Counted from the first letter of the stretch, positions 39,662 through 55,589 are shown. The stretch is DNA of 64,000 nt from Octopus vulgaris (GCA_951406725.2 OX597816.1:163122001-163186000); one strand, 5' to 3'. Translations and numbers: made by a program. The notes: generated by a model not told the origin, from the sequence alone.

Positions 39662-40225
39662 TTATACCATGCCTATTGAGGAGGCCAAACGTCAACAATG
39701 TGTTGAAGTATTGAATCGAAAGGATCTAACACTTTTAGTCAACCTCTAGTCGCCACAAACTCAATTTTTTAGTGGTGAGGTAACCCAGTTTTTTAATAGT
39801 AATTTATTTTATTGAAGGTGAGATAATCAAAAAGTACCGACGATGGTAGTGAATTGCAGAGAGAAGAAGTTTGAGAAAAGAAGTTATTTTGATAAAAGAA
39901 CTTTCGACTAACATAAAATTTAACAGAGAAACGACGCGCTGCTGAAGAGTAGCGAGGGAAACGATTAAAAGTCTCGACTGCGGTTACAAGTCCAGAAAAT
40001 CCATCAGAGCAATGTGTATGGGAATATAGAAAAGATATAACGAATATTCATTTCAGCGATGAGCCAAGGACTCCAACCGAGTAGAAAGAAGGGATCCCGT
40101 CATGTTAACAACCCGGTTCTGAATGCGATTAAGCCATTTAAAACATTCAAAGAGGTACCGGCCCACAGATGACAGCAATATTCAATAAATCTCATTTACA
40201 TAAATAACGCATTATTTGCAGCTGA

Positions 40226-40708
<483 letters not shown>

Positions 40709-40861
40709 GATAGAGAGAGGGAGAGAATGGGGGAGGGAGAGAGAGATAATTAAACACACAACAACTATGTGGTTATGTTTTAAATGTTTACAAAGCCAGT
40801 AATTGTCGCTGGCCATGGTTACGGTAACAGCTGGACATTTTACACGGCTTCCCTGTGCACG

Positions 40862-41624
40862 GGGGTTGCGGTGGAATTGGAGGTGGCGGCGGTTGTGGTG
40901 GTGGTGGTGGTGGTTTTGAAAGTGGTGGTGGTGAAGGTGATTGAGATGGTGAGGGAGGGGCTGATGGTGGTAGTGGGCGATGATGATGATGATGATGATG
41001 GTGTTTGTGGTTCTGGATATCAGGGAGGCGTTGGAGGTGGTGGTAGTGGTGGTGATGATGACGTTGATGGTGGCATTCACGCTGAATGAAATGGTAGTAT
41101 TGGTGATGGTGGTGGTGATAGAGGTGGTAGTGGTGGCTATAATGGTGCTGCTGCTGCTGCTACTGCTGCTGCTGTTTGTCTTTGTGGTAATAGTGGTTGT
41201 GGTGGAAATGTAAGGTTGGCGGCGGACAAATGTGATTCTAATGTTTATGTTGTAGTACAAGAGGCGATATGAGGGGGGTAATACAGGTGTGTGTGTGTGT
41301 ATAGGGATGATGTGAGTACTAGAGATGATGTGTACTGGGGCTAGATAGAGGCGGTGGGGGACAGTGACAGTGGCGGGGGTAAGTTGTGGTGGTGTTAGCG
41401 AAGGTTAAGATGGTGTTGTTGTTGTTGTTGTGGTGTGGTGGTGGTGGTGGTGGTGGTGGTGATGGTGATGATGATGTTGGAGGTGGTTGTGGTGGTAGTG
41501 GTGTGGTGTCAGTGGTGGTGCTTGTAGTGGTGGTGGTGGTGGTGGTGGTGGTTGTAGTGGTGGTGGTGGTTGTAGTGGTGGTGGTTGCAGTGGTAATGGT
41601 AATGGTTATATTGGTGATGGTGTT
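40862..41624. repeat. Degenerate (GGT)n/(GAT)n low-complexity region
   Basis: Directly visible. Confidence 0.9.
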
Positions 41625-41968
41625 GGTCTTTACGTTCTGAGTACAAATTCTGCCGAGATTGACTTTGCCTTTCTTCCTTTCGGGGTCAATAAATCAAGTA
41701 CCGGTTTCGTACTAGGGTCAATTTAATCGACTGGCCCTCGCCCACAAAATTTTGGGCCTTGTGCCTAGAGTAGAAAAGTATATATATATATATATAGAGA
41801 GAGAGAGACGGGCTTCTTTCATTTTCCGTCTGCCAAATTCAATCAGAAGGCTTTGGTCGGCCCGTGGCCATAGTAGAAGGCACTTGCCCAAGGTGCCACA
41901 CAGTGGGACTGAACCGAGAACCATGTGGTTGGGAAGCAAGCTTCTTACCACCTTCTTACCTGCGCCTA
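41625..41968. mobile_element. 5'-truncated SINE B (plus, 41625-41777) and SINE A head (minus, 41806-41968)
   Basis: Family-diagnostic motifs. Confidence 0.85.
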
Positions 41969-42630
41969 TTATATATATACATTCTAACAACAAAACCTTA
42001 TGGGGTGCCCCATGGGTCGTATGGACTCAGGTTGCGAACTAGTGACTTAGAACTTTATTGAGAACACAGTTCTTTAAATTTCTTTGGTGCGGATTCATTC
42101 ATTTTTTCGCCCCTTTTTCTTAGAAAATTTCACACATTTTACAGTCGCATCTTCTTCGAGATAATTCTCACCTCGTTCCACATATTCTGTCATAAAATCG
42201 CTCAATTTGAAAATCATTGTTCACATGTACAAATACACATATTTCGCGTTTCGTGTGCCCTTTGACTTGGTACGGTTTATGTAATTTCCTGCTCTTTCAT
42301 GGACTAAATACAGATTTATTAGCGAAGGGTCTTGACTCATATTACTCTTCAAGGTTTCAATTTCAAACAAAGCCATCGTTCCTCACGAGATGACGTTCTA
42401 TTTGTAGCCTAATACCAGCTTCACTGATATTCCCGAATCAAGTGATTTATCAATGCCAACAGTGACCCGAGCTCACATTGGGGGGGGGGGGCATTAATAT
42501 TATTGTGGTTGTTGTACTTGTTGCATTTATCATTATTTGGTGTTTTTGTCGGGGCAAGTATATTAAATTCGAAAATTCCGACACATGGATCAGTTTGCAT
42601 TTGCTAATACTGTCTATCAGTGTTTTTCTT

Positions 42631-42638
42631 TATTATTA

Positions 42639-42733
<95 letters not shown>

Positions 42734-42776
42734 GACTTCGTGGGGTTAGAGTTCAGGATTCATTGCTGCTTCGGTC

Positions 42777-42808
<32 letters not shown>

Positions 42809-42842
42809 CATGCATACATGCATACATGCATACATACATACA

Positions 42843-42876
<34 letters not shown>

Positions 42877-42882
42877 CATACA

Positions 42883-42916
<34 letters not shown>

Positions 42917-42926
42917 CATACATACA

Positions 42927-42960
<34 letters not shown>

Positions 42961-43132
42961 CATACATACATACATACATACATACATACATACATACACA
43001 TACATACATACATACATACATACATACATACATACATACATACATACATACATGCATACATACATACATACATACATACATACATACATACATACATACA
43101 TACATACATACATACATACATACATACATACA
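42631..43132. repeat. (TTA)n and (CATA)n microsatellites
   Basis: Directly visible. Confidence 0.95.
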
Positions 43133-43159
43133 TGAGTCGCCATAATGAACCGCCAATAT

Positions 43160-43315
43160 CTACAAGTTGTTTTCATTCTCTATTTGTTCAATTCTTCTTA
43201 TTTATTTCTGTTGAAGAGCGTAGACTCAAAATATAAAAGACTTTTTTATTTTTCCTGAGCGTCAAACTAATACATCTGCGTGTTGTTCATATACCTGTCT
43301 TCGTTTTTTTGTTTT
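43160..43315 (+). mobile_element. Repeat with degenerate hammerhead-like motif (family of 808-925)
   Basis: TTT-CTGTTGA-A-GAGC(GTAG)ACTC-AAAA-TA-TA-AAA followed by the shared downstream sequence. Confidence 0.6.
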
Positions 43316-43370
43316 ATTATATGTATGTGCATATATATATATATATATACATACATACAATACAGACACA

Positions 43371-43436
<66 letters not shown>

Positions 43437-43437
43437 T

Positions 43438-43592
43438 ACGACGGGCTTCTTTCAGTTTCCGTCTACCAAATCCACTCACAAATATTTGGTTTGCCCGAGG
43501 CTATAATAGAAGACGCTTGCCCAAGGTGCCACGCAGTGGGAATGAATCTGTAACCATGTGGTTGGTAAGCAAGCTACTTACCACACAGCCAC
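43438..43592 (-). mobile_element. SINE A 5' half
   Basis: CGACGGGCTTCTTTCAGTTTCCGTCTACC...CTTACCACACAGCCACTC. Confidence 0.88.
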
Positions 43593-43768
43593 TCATACGC
43601 CTAGATGTTTGACAACTTTGTGCTGAGAAACGGGTGGCCATCAAGAACAGGGTTCATGATTAAGATATACTAAAGTGCCCCAGTCAGGAAGACATTGACA
43701 TAATGAGATATCGTATGGTTTGAGATGTAATAGGCTACAATTTCTAGCAGATCAACCTAATTGGTTTC

Positions 43769-43786
43769 TGATGATGATCGCTGACA

Positions 43787-43821
<35 letters not shown>

Positions 43822-43886
43822 AACAACGACTTCGACAAGGATAGTGATGATGACGACGATGACGACGGCGATGACGATGATGATGG

Positions 43887-43931
<45 letters not shown>

Positions 43932-44310
43932 CGACGACGACGATGATGATGATGATGACGATGATGATGATGATAACGACGACTTCGACAACCATAGTGA
44001 TGATGAGGACAATGTCGATGATGATGACTACGTGGACGACGGCGATGAGGAAAATGAAGATGATGATGGTGTTGTTGATGATGATGATGAAGATGATGAT
44101 GATGATGATGATGACGACGACGATGACGACGACGACGATGATGATGATGATGATGATGATGACGACGATGATGACGATGGCGGCGGCGGTAGTGGTGGTG
44201 GTGGTGATGATGACGATGACATGATGATGGTAATGATGATGATGACGATGATGATGATGATGATGACCATGATGACGACGACGACGACGAAGACGATGAT
44301 GACGATGATG
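43769..44310. repeat. (GAT)n/(GAC)n microsatellite
   Basis: Directly visible. Confidence 0.95.
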
Positions 44311-44925
44311 GTGGAATCTTCAGGACAATTGGTTATAACAATGAAAAACTTTATCTGTGCCATTAGATGTGTGTGTGTGTGTGTGTGTGTGTGATGTCTT
44401 GGAGATGTTCTTTAAGCAACCAATAATTCGGTTCTTTGGCTGACATTATCCTTTGGCTTTTGCATTCTATATATATATATCTTTTTTTAATTTTATCTTT
44501 TATTTATATACATGCTTATACGGCGTGTATATATATATACGTGTAAGGGTGGAGATTAAGTCGTTGTCGGGTGGTCGTGATATAACGATAGAAATAAATC
44601 TTTGTAGCATTAAGGAAGTGATAATATAAAGAGAACGTGGCCTTGGAATTGAATAAAATAGTAATAACACTAATGATAATAATATAATAAAAATGTTGAT
44701 AACAATGGAGATGGGAACGAATCGAAAGAACATAAAAATAAATAATTAAAGATAAATGAAAATATAAAAAAAAACATGCCGAAGAGGTGATCGTAGTAAT
44801 CCTATCGGATTTATATTCTATTGTCTCCCTTGCATACATACCTTTGAATGTGGTCAGAGAAAAAAAAATGGAAACCAGAGTTTAAAGATAGCAAGGAAGA
44901 AAGAGAGGAAATATGCAAACAATAC

Positions 44926-44929
<4 letters not shown>

Positions 44930-44962
<33 letters not shown>

Positions 44963-45096
44963 TTCTCTCCTTCTCTCTCTCTCTCCCTCTCTCTCTCCCT
45001 CCATCGAATAATCTATCTATCTATTTATCTATCTATCTATTAATTCATCTATATCTCTCCATTTGACTGTCTATCTTTCAGCCTGTTTGTCTCCTA

Positions 45097-45136
<40 letters not shown>

Positions 45137-45145
45137 GTATGTCTG

Positions 45146-45184
<39 letters not shown>

Positions 45185-45210
45185 GTATGTCTGTCTATCT
45201 ATCTATCTAC

Positions 45211-45256
<46 letters not shown>

Positions 45257-45290
45257 GTATGTATGTATGTCTATCTATCTATCTACCTAT

Positions 45291-45362
<72 letters not shown>

Positions 45363-45500
45363 GTATGTCTATCTATCTATCTATCTATCTATCTGTCTGT
45401 CTGTCTGTCTATCTATATAAAATATCTCTATATCTCTCACCAGCTCTCTCTTTCTTCCCCACCCCTTGTCACTCTCTCTCTCTCTCTCTCTCTCTGTCTA
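44930..45500. repeat. (CT)n and (CTAT)n microsatellites
   Basis: Directly visible. Confidence 0.95.
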
Positions 45501-46080
45501 TATATACATATATGAGTGTATATCTCTGCGAGTGTGTAAAGTGCGTATATAAAAGATGGCGTTTCTGCCATCCCTTATTAATGATTCTAGTCATGTCCGG
45601 ACGTGAATTGGTTTCTTCCCGTGAAGAAATCACATTGAAACACCGGCTTGACCTACAAATGTAATAAAATGCTCATAAGTATTCTATTCACGTGTGCCCA
45701 CTGTTGCCAAACAGTACATGACCTCTTCCGGGTCACTATAACAATTTCAAATTCACTCTGAATTCGATAACAGAAGATATTGGTAACCTCCATTCAATTT
45801 CTTTTAGTGTGTGCTCTGCGCCCATGTGTTAGTGCTGCCTTTGTGTGTGTGCGTGTGTTCGTACGTGTATGTGTGAGGGTGTGTGTGTGTGTTTGTATTT
45901 ATATTTATTTTTTGACTTTTGTGTTTAGTTTTTGGTAACGGTTTTACGCCAGATTTTGACTGTTATAGAGTATATTTTATTCTAAACGAGATCCCGTTCT
46001 GACAACGAGATCTCCAAATCGTGATAAACAGCACGTTTGTTTAACTATTTCTCATTCCATAGCTTCCCTCCTCTTCGTTC

Positions 46081-46135
<55 letters not shown>

Positions 46136-46349
46136 ATACATATTATATATTATATAAAAGTACATATATATATATTCTGTGTCTGTGTATACTGTTAAAC
46201 AACAATGGATTTTTTTTCAATCCCGTAAAAATGAATTTTCAATCCCTAATAATCTTTGGTGTGTCATTCACGTGCACTCAAACGATTAAATACACACACG
46301 CACACACATACACACACACATTTATATATATACATATATATATATATAT

Positions 46350-46683
46350 TATTTTACTCTTTTACTTGTTTAAGTCATTTTGACTGCGGCCATACTGGAC
46401 CACAACCTTTAGTCGAACAAATCGACGCCAGGACTTATTTTTTGTAAGCTTTGTACTTATTCTATCGGTTTCTTATTTCCTAACCGCTAGTTTATGGGGG
46501 ACGCAAACGTACCTGCATCGGTTGTCTAGCGACGTTGGGGGAGGGACAGACACACAAACATATACACACACCTACATACATACATGCATACATGCATACA
46601 TTCATACATGCATACATACATGCATACATGTATATATACATGCATACATGCATACATGCATGCATACATGCATACATGCATAC

Positions 46684-46738
<55 letters not shown>

Positions 46739-46975
46739 CGACGGGCTTCTTTCAGTTTCCGTCTACCAAATTCACAGAGAGGACAAACAAGGACAGACAA
46801 GGGGGTTAAGTCGATTACATCGACCCCAGTGCGTAACTGGTACTTAATTTATCGACCCCGAAAGAATGAAAGGCAAAGTCGACCTCGGCGGAATTTGAAC
46901 TCAGACGTAACTGCAGACGAAATACTGCAAAGCTCTTCGCCCGGCGTGCTAACGGATTCTGTCAACTCTCCGTCT
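46350..46975 (-). mobile_element. SINE A 3' part (46350-46773) abutting SINE B (46774-46975)
   Basis: The A body stops at CTACCAAATTC and continues directly as B sequence ACAGAGAGGACAAACAAGG. Confidence 0.85.
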
Positions 46976-47177
46976 TACATCCTACATATATTTTAGACAG
47001 ACTTGAGGAAAGAAGCCTCTCAACCAAATCCTTTTTATTTGCTTTTTATTTGTTTATTTGCTAACAGTTTCAGTTTCAAATTTGACGTCCCAATTTATTG
47101 GAACATCCCATAAATATTGTGGTTTTTTTAATGCATTTTTTATTTTTTTAAAATTAAAATAAATAAAGTTCTTTTTT

Positions 47178-47732
47178 AAATCTAAAATACACTCTCCTTC
47201 ATTCTCTATAACGATCTTCCATCTATCAGGTAGTCTTGCAAGGCGCCTCTTTCAAAATTCACTTGTCCGTGACGAAAACTACTCCTCCAATACTGTTCTG
47301 ACTTCGTCTACAGTTTTCATATTTTTCCCGTCCAAATGATTTTTAAGACTGCGGAATAAATAATAATCAGATGGGACAATGTCCGGCGAATATGATGAGC
47401 GAGGCATGGTTTTCCATTCAAAGTGCTCCAGCCTTTGGAATGTCATTCTCGCTGTATGTGGCCGTGCATTATCCGAACCGAAGAAAACTTTCGTCTTGAA
47501 ACCAAAGATGGTCGTTTTTCTTCTAGCCCTGACTTAAATGATTAGTTGAATGACCGAATCCAAGCTTCTCTGCTAGTTCCTCAATAGTTACGATGGGATT
47601 GTGTTCCACTAAGGTTTGCAGATCTACTGATCTTCCAGGATAAGACTCATCTTCTAGGGTGTAGTTTCCTGCTCGGAATATCTGGAACCACTGTTGACAC
47701 TGGCTTACACTTATTGTCCGATCCCCATATGT
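47178..47732 (-). pseudogene. Second mariner transposase, internally deleted
   Basis: YGDRTISVSQCQQWFQIFRAGNYTLED...EELAEKLG joined to DNARPHTA...YSPDIVPSDYYLFRSL...LPDRWK; clearly different in sequence from 34125-35148. Confidence 0.88.
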
Positions 47733-47734
47733 TT

Positions 47735-47893
47735 TTTTATGTTTCTTCACGAGCCATGCCTGGCTCATAAAAACTTGTTTTCCGGTTTCATTGGCGTGTA
47801 GGTTTCTCACCTGGATGGGATGCCAGTCTGTCACAGGTGAGCTGCTAGATGCGGGAGGAAAGAGTGAGAGAAAGTTGTGACGAAAGAGTCAAC
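47735..47893 (-). mobile_element. SINE fragment with family-C centre and a different 3' tail
   Basis: AAGAGTGAGAGAAAGTTGTG is shared with family C; the minus-strand tail GACTGGCATCCCATCCAGG...GAAACCGG...GGCTCG is unrelated to the C tail. Confidence 0.6.
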
Positions 47894-47967
47894 CGGATTG
47901 ATATTTTTACAGGAGTGTTCTATATGTATGCATGTATCTATGTATATTTTATGCATATATATGTATA

Positions 47968-48002
<35 letters not shown>

Positions 48003-48819
48003 GGGAGAGAAAGAAAGAGATATAGATATATAAACATATACGTATACATATATACATACATCCATACAAACATATATAAATACGCATTCAAATATGCATA
48101 TATATGTGTGAGTGTGTATATATACATATAGTTTACTCTTTCGTTATAGGTAAGATTAAGTAAAAATTACAGGATTAACAAAAAAGTGCTCTATCTAGTG
48201 GGGGATTAATATTTAGCAAACACAATTTCAAAATAACCCACATGTTGACACATGCCATGTTACATAAGTCTGCCAAATTATTGTATTTTTATAGCATGAA
48301 ACTATCAGTAGCTCTTTTTAAAATTGTATGTATGCGTGTGCATACATACACAAACACACAGACACGTACACACAAGCACATACACTTGCGTCAGAAATTA
48401 ATTAGCACTTCTCAAATTTCTACATTAAATAGGTTAAATCAATTAACCTATGAGCTGTTCAAAACGTCTTACGCGATGAGAAGACTTAGTATGGTGTGAT
48501 TTCGGTCCTTGCGAGGCGCTACCTATATCTATTAAACAAAGAAAGATTTGTCTGCATCCGCACTCCAAGTTGTTGTTGCACTGCTATGTCAACATCATAA
48601 GGCTGTAGACTCTCAAACTGCTCTGCAAACAAAGTTACGTCATCGTTCTGCGCAACAGTGAACTCGCAACAAAGCAATAGTTCGAGATATGGCCACTAGG
48701 GGACAGCACATACCTTGAGCGAAGAGCAAATCAAGGGTGCTAATTAATTTCTGACGGTAGTGTACATACATACACAGAAACAAACATAAATACATGCATA
48801 CATATATACATACATACTT

Positions 48820-49234
48820 GTTTCTTTACTACCCACAATGGGCTAAACACACAGGAGACAAGCAAGGACAGACAGACGGATTAAGTCGACCATATCGACC
48901 CCAGTACGAGACTGGTAATTAATTTATCGTCCCCGAAAGGATGAAAGGCAAAGTCGACCTCGGCGAAATTTGAACTCAGAACGTAGCGGCAGACTAAATA
49001 CCTATTTCTTTACAACACACAAGGGGCTAAACAAAGAGAGGACAAACAAGGATAGACAAACGGATTGAGTGGATTATATCGACTCTAGTGCGTAACTGGT
49101 ACTTTTTTAATCGACCCCGAAAGGATGAAAGGCAAAGTCGACCACGGCGGAATTTGAACTCAAAACGTAGCGGCAGACGAAATACTGCTGAGCATTTCGC
49201 CCGGCGTGCTAACATTTCTGCCAGCTCGCCGCCT
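48820..49234 (-). mobile_element. SINE B tandem dimer
   Basis: Two bodies and one head ending CCAGCTCGCCGCC. Confidence 0.9.
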
Positions 49235-49672
49235 TTTACATATATACATACATACTACCGACTTAAAGCGTCACCACGGAAAGAAGGAATTCTAGGCCTA
49301 TTTTGAACAGGTCATCACAGAGCTCACTGCCCGGAAACTACGTAAGAAGTAAATAAATTTGGAAGCACGACAGAACAGAGCTGTCGACCAATGAGAAATT
49401 CATTAACAGCGTTGTCATCCTGTATGTATGATACGCAGGTGAAATGTGTTTCCTTGTCTAGTTTGTTCTTCCTGAAACAGTCATATGTAGACAAGCTTCT
49501 ATTAACATGTTCCCTCCAGCTATGTTAGACATTCAATGGACAAAGAAGAATTCAGATATAATTTATATATTATATAAACAATCCAGAAATGTTTTCGCAA
49601 TAGTTATTCGTATGAAAGAAATTACATATAGTATGCAATTCAAATAAATGAACGGGGGCGGTATTGTGTGTG

Positions 49673-50104
<432 letters not shown>

Positions 50105-50180
50105 AACCAGGATAAATTGGTTTTGTACCAACTTGTATTTGAATTAAAGATCGTCTACACCGATATATTTTTTCTTTCCT

Positions 50181-50215
<35 letters not shown>

Positions 50216-50218
50216 ATC

Positions 50219-50249
<31 letters not shown>

Positions 50250-50577
50250 ATGTGTGTGTGTGTGTGTATATATATATACTCAGATTTACACACACTTATA
50301 CGTTCATGCAAGTCCTTAAATGTGTAATACAAGCATACATACAAATATGTAATATGTTGTATGTATGTATGTATACATGCATACATACATACACACACAC
50401 ACATATTTATATATATATATATGTATAATAGTTTATTCTTATACTCTCCAAAAGTATAGTTAACCCAGCAGAGTCATGTAAATATGTTTTTATCATAACT
50501 GAACATTACAACAAACACTTACATTTGAGTGTGCGCGTGTGCGCGTGTGTGTGTGCATTTGTGTATGTATACGTATA

Positions 50578-50633
<56 letters not shown>

Positions 50634-50696
50634 TACAAACGTACATACATACATTCCGGCTGCACCTCTCCTACCTATGGATTACTCTGGACTCTA

Positions 50697-51083
50697 GTGG
50701 AGACGCAATGGCCCAGTGGTTAGGGCAGCGGACTCGCGGTCGTAGGATCGCGGTTTCGATTCCCAGATTGGGCGTTGTGAGTGTTTATTGAGCGAAAACA
50801 CCTAAAGCTCCACGAGGCTCCGGCAGGGGATGGTGGTGATCCCTGCTGTACTCTTTCACCACAACTTCCTCTCACTCTTACTTCCTGTTTCTGTTGTACC
50901 TGTATTTCAAAGGGCCGGCCTTGTCTCTCTCTGTGTCACGCTGAATATCCCCGAGAACTATGTTAAGGGTACACGTGTCTGTGGAGTGCTCAGCCACTTA
51001 CACGTTAATTTCTCGAGCAGGCTGTTCCGTTGATTCAGATCAACCGGAACCCTCATCGTCATAACCGACGGGGTGCTTCCTAC
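50697..51083 (+). mobile_element. SINE family C, full length
   Basis: tRNA-like head GGCCCAGTGGTTAGGGCAGCGGACTCGCGGTC...GGTTTCGATTCCC; 13-bp TSD TACTCTGGACTCT at 50683 and 51084. Confidence 0.93.
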
Positions 51084-51260
51084 TACTCTGGACTCTCCTC
51101 TTGATGAAAAATCCTTGCAATACACCATGACGTCTAAACTTTTGAACTGTATGCGAGAATGTGTGCGTGTGGATAGGGGCTGGTGACTTTGACGTGTGTA
51201 TGTATACGTGTGGATGTGTGTGCGTCTGTAATATGTGGTTCCTGGGGAATGATCAGTGTC

Positions 51261-51884
51261 CAAAGTTTTGGGGGAGGGGAAGCCAGTCGATTAGATCGAC
51301 CTCAGTACGCAACTGGTACTTAATTTATCGACCTTGAAAGGATGAAAGACAAAATCGACCGCGAAAGAATTTGAACTAAGTACATAAAGTCAGACGAAAT
51401 ACCTATTTCTTTACTACCCACAAGGGGCTAAACACAGAGAGGACAAACAAGGACAGACAAGCAGATTAAGTCGATTACATCGACCCCAGTGTGTAACTGG
51501 TACTTAATTTATCGACCCCGAAATGATGAAAGGCAAAGTCGACCTCGGCGGAATTTGAACTCAGAACGTAACGGCAAACGAAATACGTCTACGCATTTCG
51601 CTCGTGTGCTAATGTTTCTGCCAGTCGCCGCCTTCATAATTGTGTTATATTTATTTCTTTATTGCCCACAGGGGGCTAAACATAGAGGGGACAAACAAGG
51701 ACAGACAAACGGATTAAGTCGATTATATCGACCCCAATGCATTATTGGTCCTTATTTAATCGACCCCAAAAGGATGAAAGGCAAAGTTGACCTCGGTGGA
51801 ATTTGAACTCAGAACATAAAGACAGACGAAATTCCTCTAAGCATTTTTCCCGGCGTGCTAACGATTCAGCCAGCTCACCGCCTT
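51261..51884 (-). mobile_element. SINE B dimer plus adjacent monomer
   Basis: Three B bodies and two heads, each head followed by CCTTCATAATT. Confidence 0.88.
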
Positions 51885-52209
51885 CATAATTATAATATAC
51901 TTCCACAGGTAACATATCTACACGGTACCGACGTGCCACTACCTAGCATAATACGGAGCATACAGGTGATACCTACTCGGCTTGTTTCGCATCATAACTC
52001 TTCTGTAACATTGCACTATTTTCATGTTCTGCAAAACCACAGGATTCCCTGAAATTTATCGGGGGCTCCACGTTTTTAAAAATAATGTCGAAGGATTCCG
52101 CGACAAAAAAAAATTCCGAACCACTGATTTAGCGACTAAATGTTTTTAGGCGTACCGGAATCATGGCCCTGTACGAATTCATACGTGTTTGCTCTAAGTA
52201 AATATGAAT

Positions 52210-52790
52210 AAGTTACTGGTTTCCTGGGTTTCAGTTATTAAACCGTGGCAATGCTGGAGCACTGCTTTGAAGAGTTTGAGTCGAAATAAAAGAACTCGAC
52301 ACTCTTGTGCATATTCTATCAATCTATGTAGCTAAACCATTAAGTTACGTGGATGTAAACAGACCAGCACCGGTTGTCAAGCAATAGGGGAGGACAAACA
52401 CAAACACTGACACACACGCATATACGACGGTGGTTTCTCCCACAGTTTCCTTGTACGAAACTCACAAGTCATTGGTTACACCCCATCTATAGAAGAAGAC
52501 ATTTGCTCGTTTGCGCGCTCTGAGATAGAACCCAGAACGACGCGGTTGCAAAGCAAGCTTCTTAACCGCACTACCATGTTTGCTCCTTACTCTTTTACTC
52601 TTTTATTTGTTTCAGTCATTTGACTGCGGCCATGCTGGAGCACCGCCTTTAGTCGAGCAAATCGACCCCGGGACTTATTCTTTGTAAGCCCAGTACTTAT
52701 TCTATCGGTCTCTTTTGCCGAACCGCTAAGTGACGGGGACGTAAACACACCAGCATCAGTTGTCAAGCAATGCTAGAGGGACAAACACAA

Positions 52791-52871
<81 letters not shown>

Positions 52872-53055
52872 TACGACAGGCTTCTTTAAGTTTCCGTCTA
52901 TCAAATCCACTCACAAGGCATTGGTCGGCCCGGGGCTATAGCAGAAGACATTTGCCCAAGATGCCACGCAGTGGGACTGAACCCGGAATCATGTGGCTGG
53001 TTAGCAAGCTACTTACCACACAGCCACTCCTGTGCCTATAGCCACTCCTGCGCCT
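52210..53055 (-). mobile_element. Old SINE A (52210-52585) and young full-length SINE A (52587-53055)
   Basis: The young copy closely matches 28258-28661 and has its first ~18 bp duplicated. Confidence 0.9.
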
Positions 53056-53617
53056 ATAGTAGAAATTCCAAATAATTTAGCCATCTGTCTCGTGTGTTTG
53101 TCTCTGTTAAAAGCCTTTCTGAATCTGGTTCTATTAATAAAACACAGGCTTGTTTGCCCCAGTGTCTCGACTGACTATTATGAAGTCTTGAAAGTATAAA
53201 CGACTTAAGTTATCAATTTAACATTAAACAGCATAGTTTGTGGTGTGAAAGGATGTAGTTATATGTTGGCGTGACTCCCACACTATACAAGCGAGGTTTG
53301 GCGAGATTTCAACGCAAACAAAACGTGTGATCACACATTTTTGCGGGGCGGGTGAAAGAAGAAATATAACATAAAATAAAGTAAGATAAAATGAAGAAAA
53401 AAATATCCATGAGTGATGTATCTTATAAATCGTCATAAACAAGGGAAACATAACTGCAGCAATGTCACGTCGTAACTTGTGATCAGTTATAAGAAACAGA
53501 CTATAAATAGGATGTCGTGTTCACGTAAAGCAGATATTTTGGGAAGGAGAGAGGGTGAGGGAGAAAGAGTGTTGTTTGATAGACATGTAAATATAATAAT
53601 GAACAGTAAAATATCGT

Positions 53618-53958
53618 GGCACTCCGTCGGTTACCACGACGAGGGTTCCAGTTGTTAAAATAACGTGCAAGTGTCTGAGCACTCCACAGACACGTGTACT
53701 CTTGACGTAGTTCTCGGGGAAGATTCAGCGTGACACAGAGAGTGACAAGACTTGCCTTTTTGAAATACAGGAAGAAAGAGTGAGAGAAAGTTGTGGTGAA
53801 AAAGTACAGAAAGTTTCGTCACAACCTCCTGCCGGAGCCTCGTGGAACTTTAGGTGTTTTCTCTCAGTAAACACTCACAACGCCCGGTCTGGGAATCGAA
53901 ACCGCGATCCTACGACTTCGAGTCCGCTGTCCTAACCACTGGGCCACTGCGCCTCCAC
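53618..53958 (-). mobile_element. SINE family C
   Basis: Matches 50697-51083 with small deletions; flanked by ACAGTAAA.TAT on both sides. Confidence 0.9.
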
Positions 53959-54849
53959 AGTAAATTATAAATCCTAGCAAACACGTATAGTTACTCGCTC
54001 CCACCAGCAGCAGTATTTACACTCACATTCAAACAGTTACTCTGTACTATAAGTGAGTGAGTGAGTGAGTGAGTGAGTGAGTGAGTGGTTGAGTGAGTGA
54101 GTCAGTCAATCAGCCACTCATTCGTTCGGTCGTTCGCTCAGTTTTTTTCACTCATTCACGCAAACATATTCGCTCTTGCTCAGTTGCTCACTCGCTTGCA
54201 TTTGAGTATTAAAACCAATATTAACCCCCAAAACTTGCTAGTCAAACAAAATATATGGGTGACATTAAAAAAATTTTTTAATAATTCCTGAAACCATTCT
54301 CCTCTATCTCTCTCTCCCTCACTCTTTCTCTTACACCTTTCTCTTTTTCTCCCTCTCTCGTTGCGCACGCATGCACGCACACACACACACACACGCATAC
54401 ATGCGCACAGATCCATGTAAGAAGACAAAGAAAGTGTTTAGCATATCTTCAATGACCGCTTTCAATTGTTTCGACACCCATTTGTTTTGAACACCATTGC
54501 CTGTAAAAAGGCAAATACGACTCATCATTTCGCAAGGAGGTTTGGCGCACAAAGGCATTAAAATCAGAGCGGAACCCAAACAAATGTAACCGGCCATGAA
54601 AGAGGAGTCAAACTCTTTCTTTGTCTTCTTATTCTGATTTATGTTTTACTCTTCCCTAGACTCGCACATTGGATTTAGCAGTGTGATGCTTGGATTTTCC
54701 ATAACAGCAGAATTTCGATCTTCCTTCAAACACCAATTCAACAGTGTGGATAACCACATGCTCGAGTTGAGTACTGCGGAGGGAATATTCCGCCTTTCTA
54801 CTCTTTCAGGGTCGTACAATACATACATACATACATAAATATTTATGTC

Positions 54850-54978
54850 TTCATCTATCGAATCTACTCACATGGCTTTGGTCCGCCCGAGGCTATACTA
54901 GATTTGCCCAAGGTGCCACACAATGGAACTGAACACGGAACCATGAGGATGGGAAGCAAGTTTCTAACCACACAGCCA
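54850..54978 (-). mobile_element. SINE A head fragment
   Basis: TTGCCCAAGGTGCCAC...AACCACACAGCC. Confidence 0.75.
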
Positions 54979-55010
54979 AATCAGCGCATACACACATACA
55001 CACGCATATA

Positions 55011-55185
<175 letters not shown>

Positions 55186-55589
55186 CGATGGTATTATGCA
55201 AAAGTGTCGTAAGTCCAAAACATTGCTTTTTGAGAAAAAGGAAAAATAATTTCACCATTCCATTTCTTTTTACATTAACAACAGTTTCAGCTTAACAATA
55301 ATTCTTTGTTTGGTGCATAAAATCGTAAATCTATGCACGTATGATATTTTCAGTCAGAAATATTTTTGCAAAACTGTCGTATGTGGGACTCGCTACACTT
55401 TTGAAAAATGCTAAACAGTTGTACTACACTTTGACAATTTTCATATTTTGGCATCTGAAGCAGGTGGAGATACGATAGTTTAATCAAAAGAATCGGCTAT
55501 TGCAAATAAAAATAAATATTGAAAACAGAAACGCATTTGACCAAATTTGGACATACGACAATTTAACATAACAGCAACGATATAAATAT

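Noticed and set aside
50697-50772. Functional tRNA gene (also 18400-18480 and other SINE heads)
   Set aside because: No proper acceptor stem or Pol III terminator; the sequence continues into a SINE body.
54641-54838. Possible host coding exon after TTTTACTCTTCCCTAG
   Set aside because: No recognisable protein similarity or convincing donor site, and it runs into a SINE B relic.
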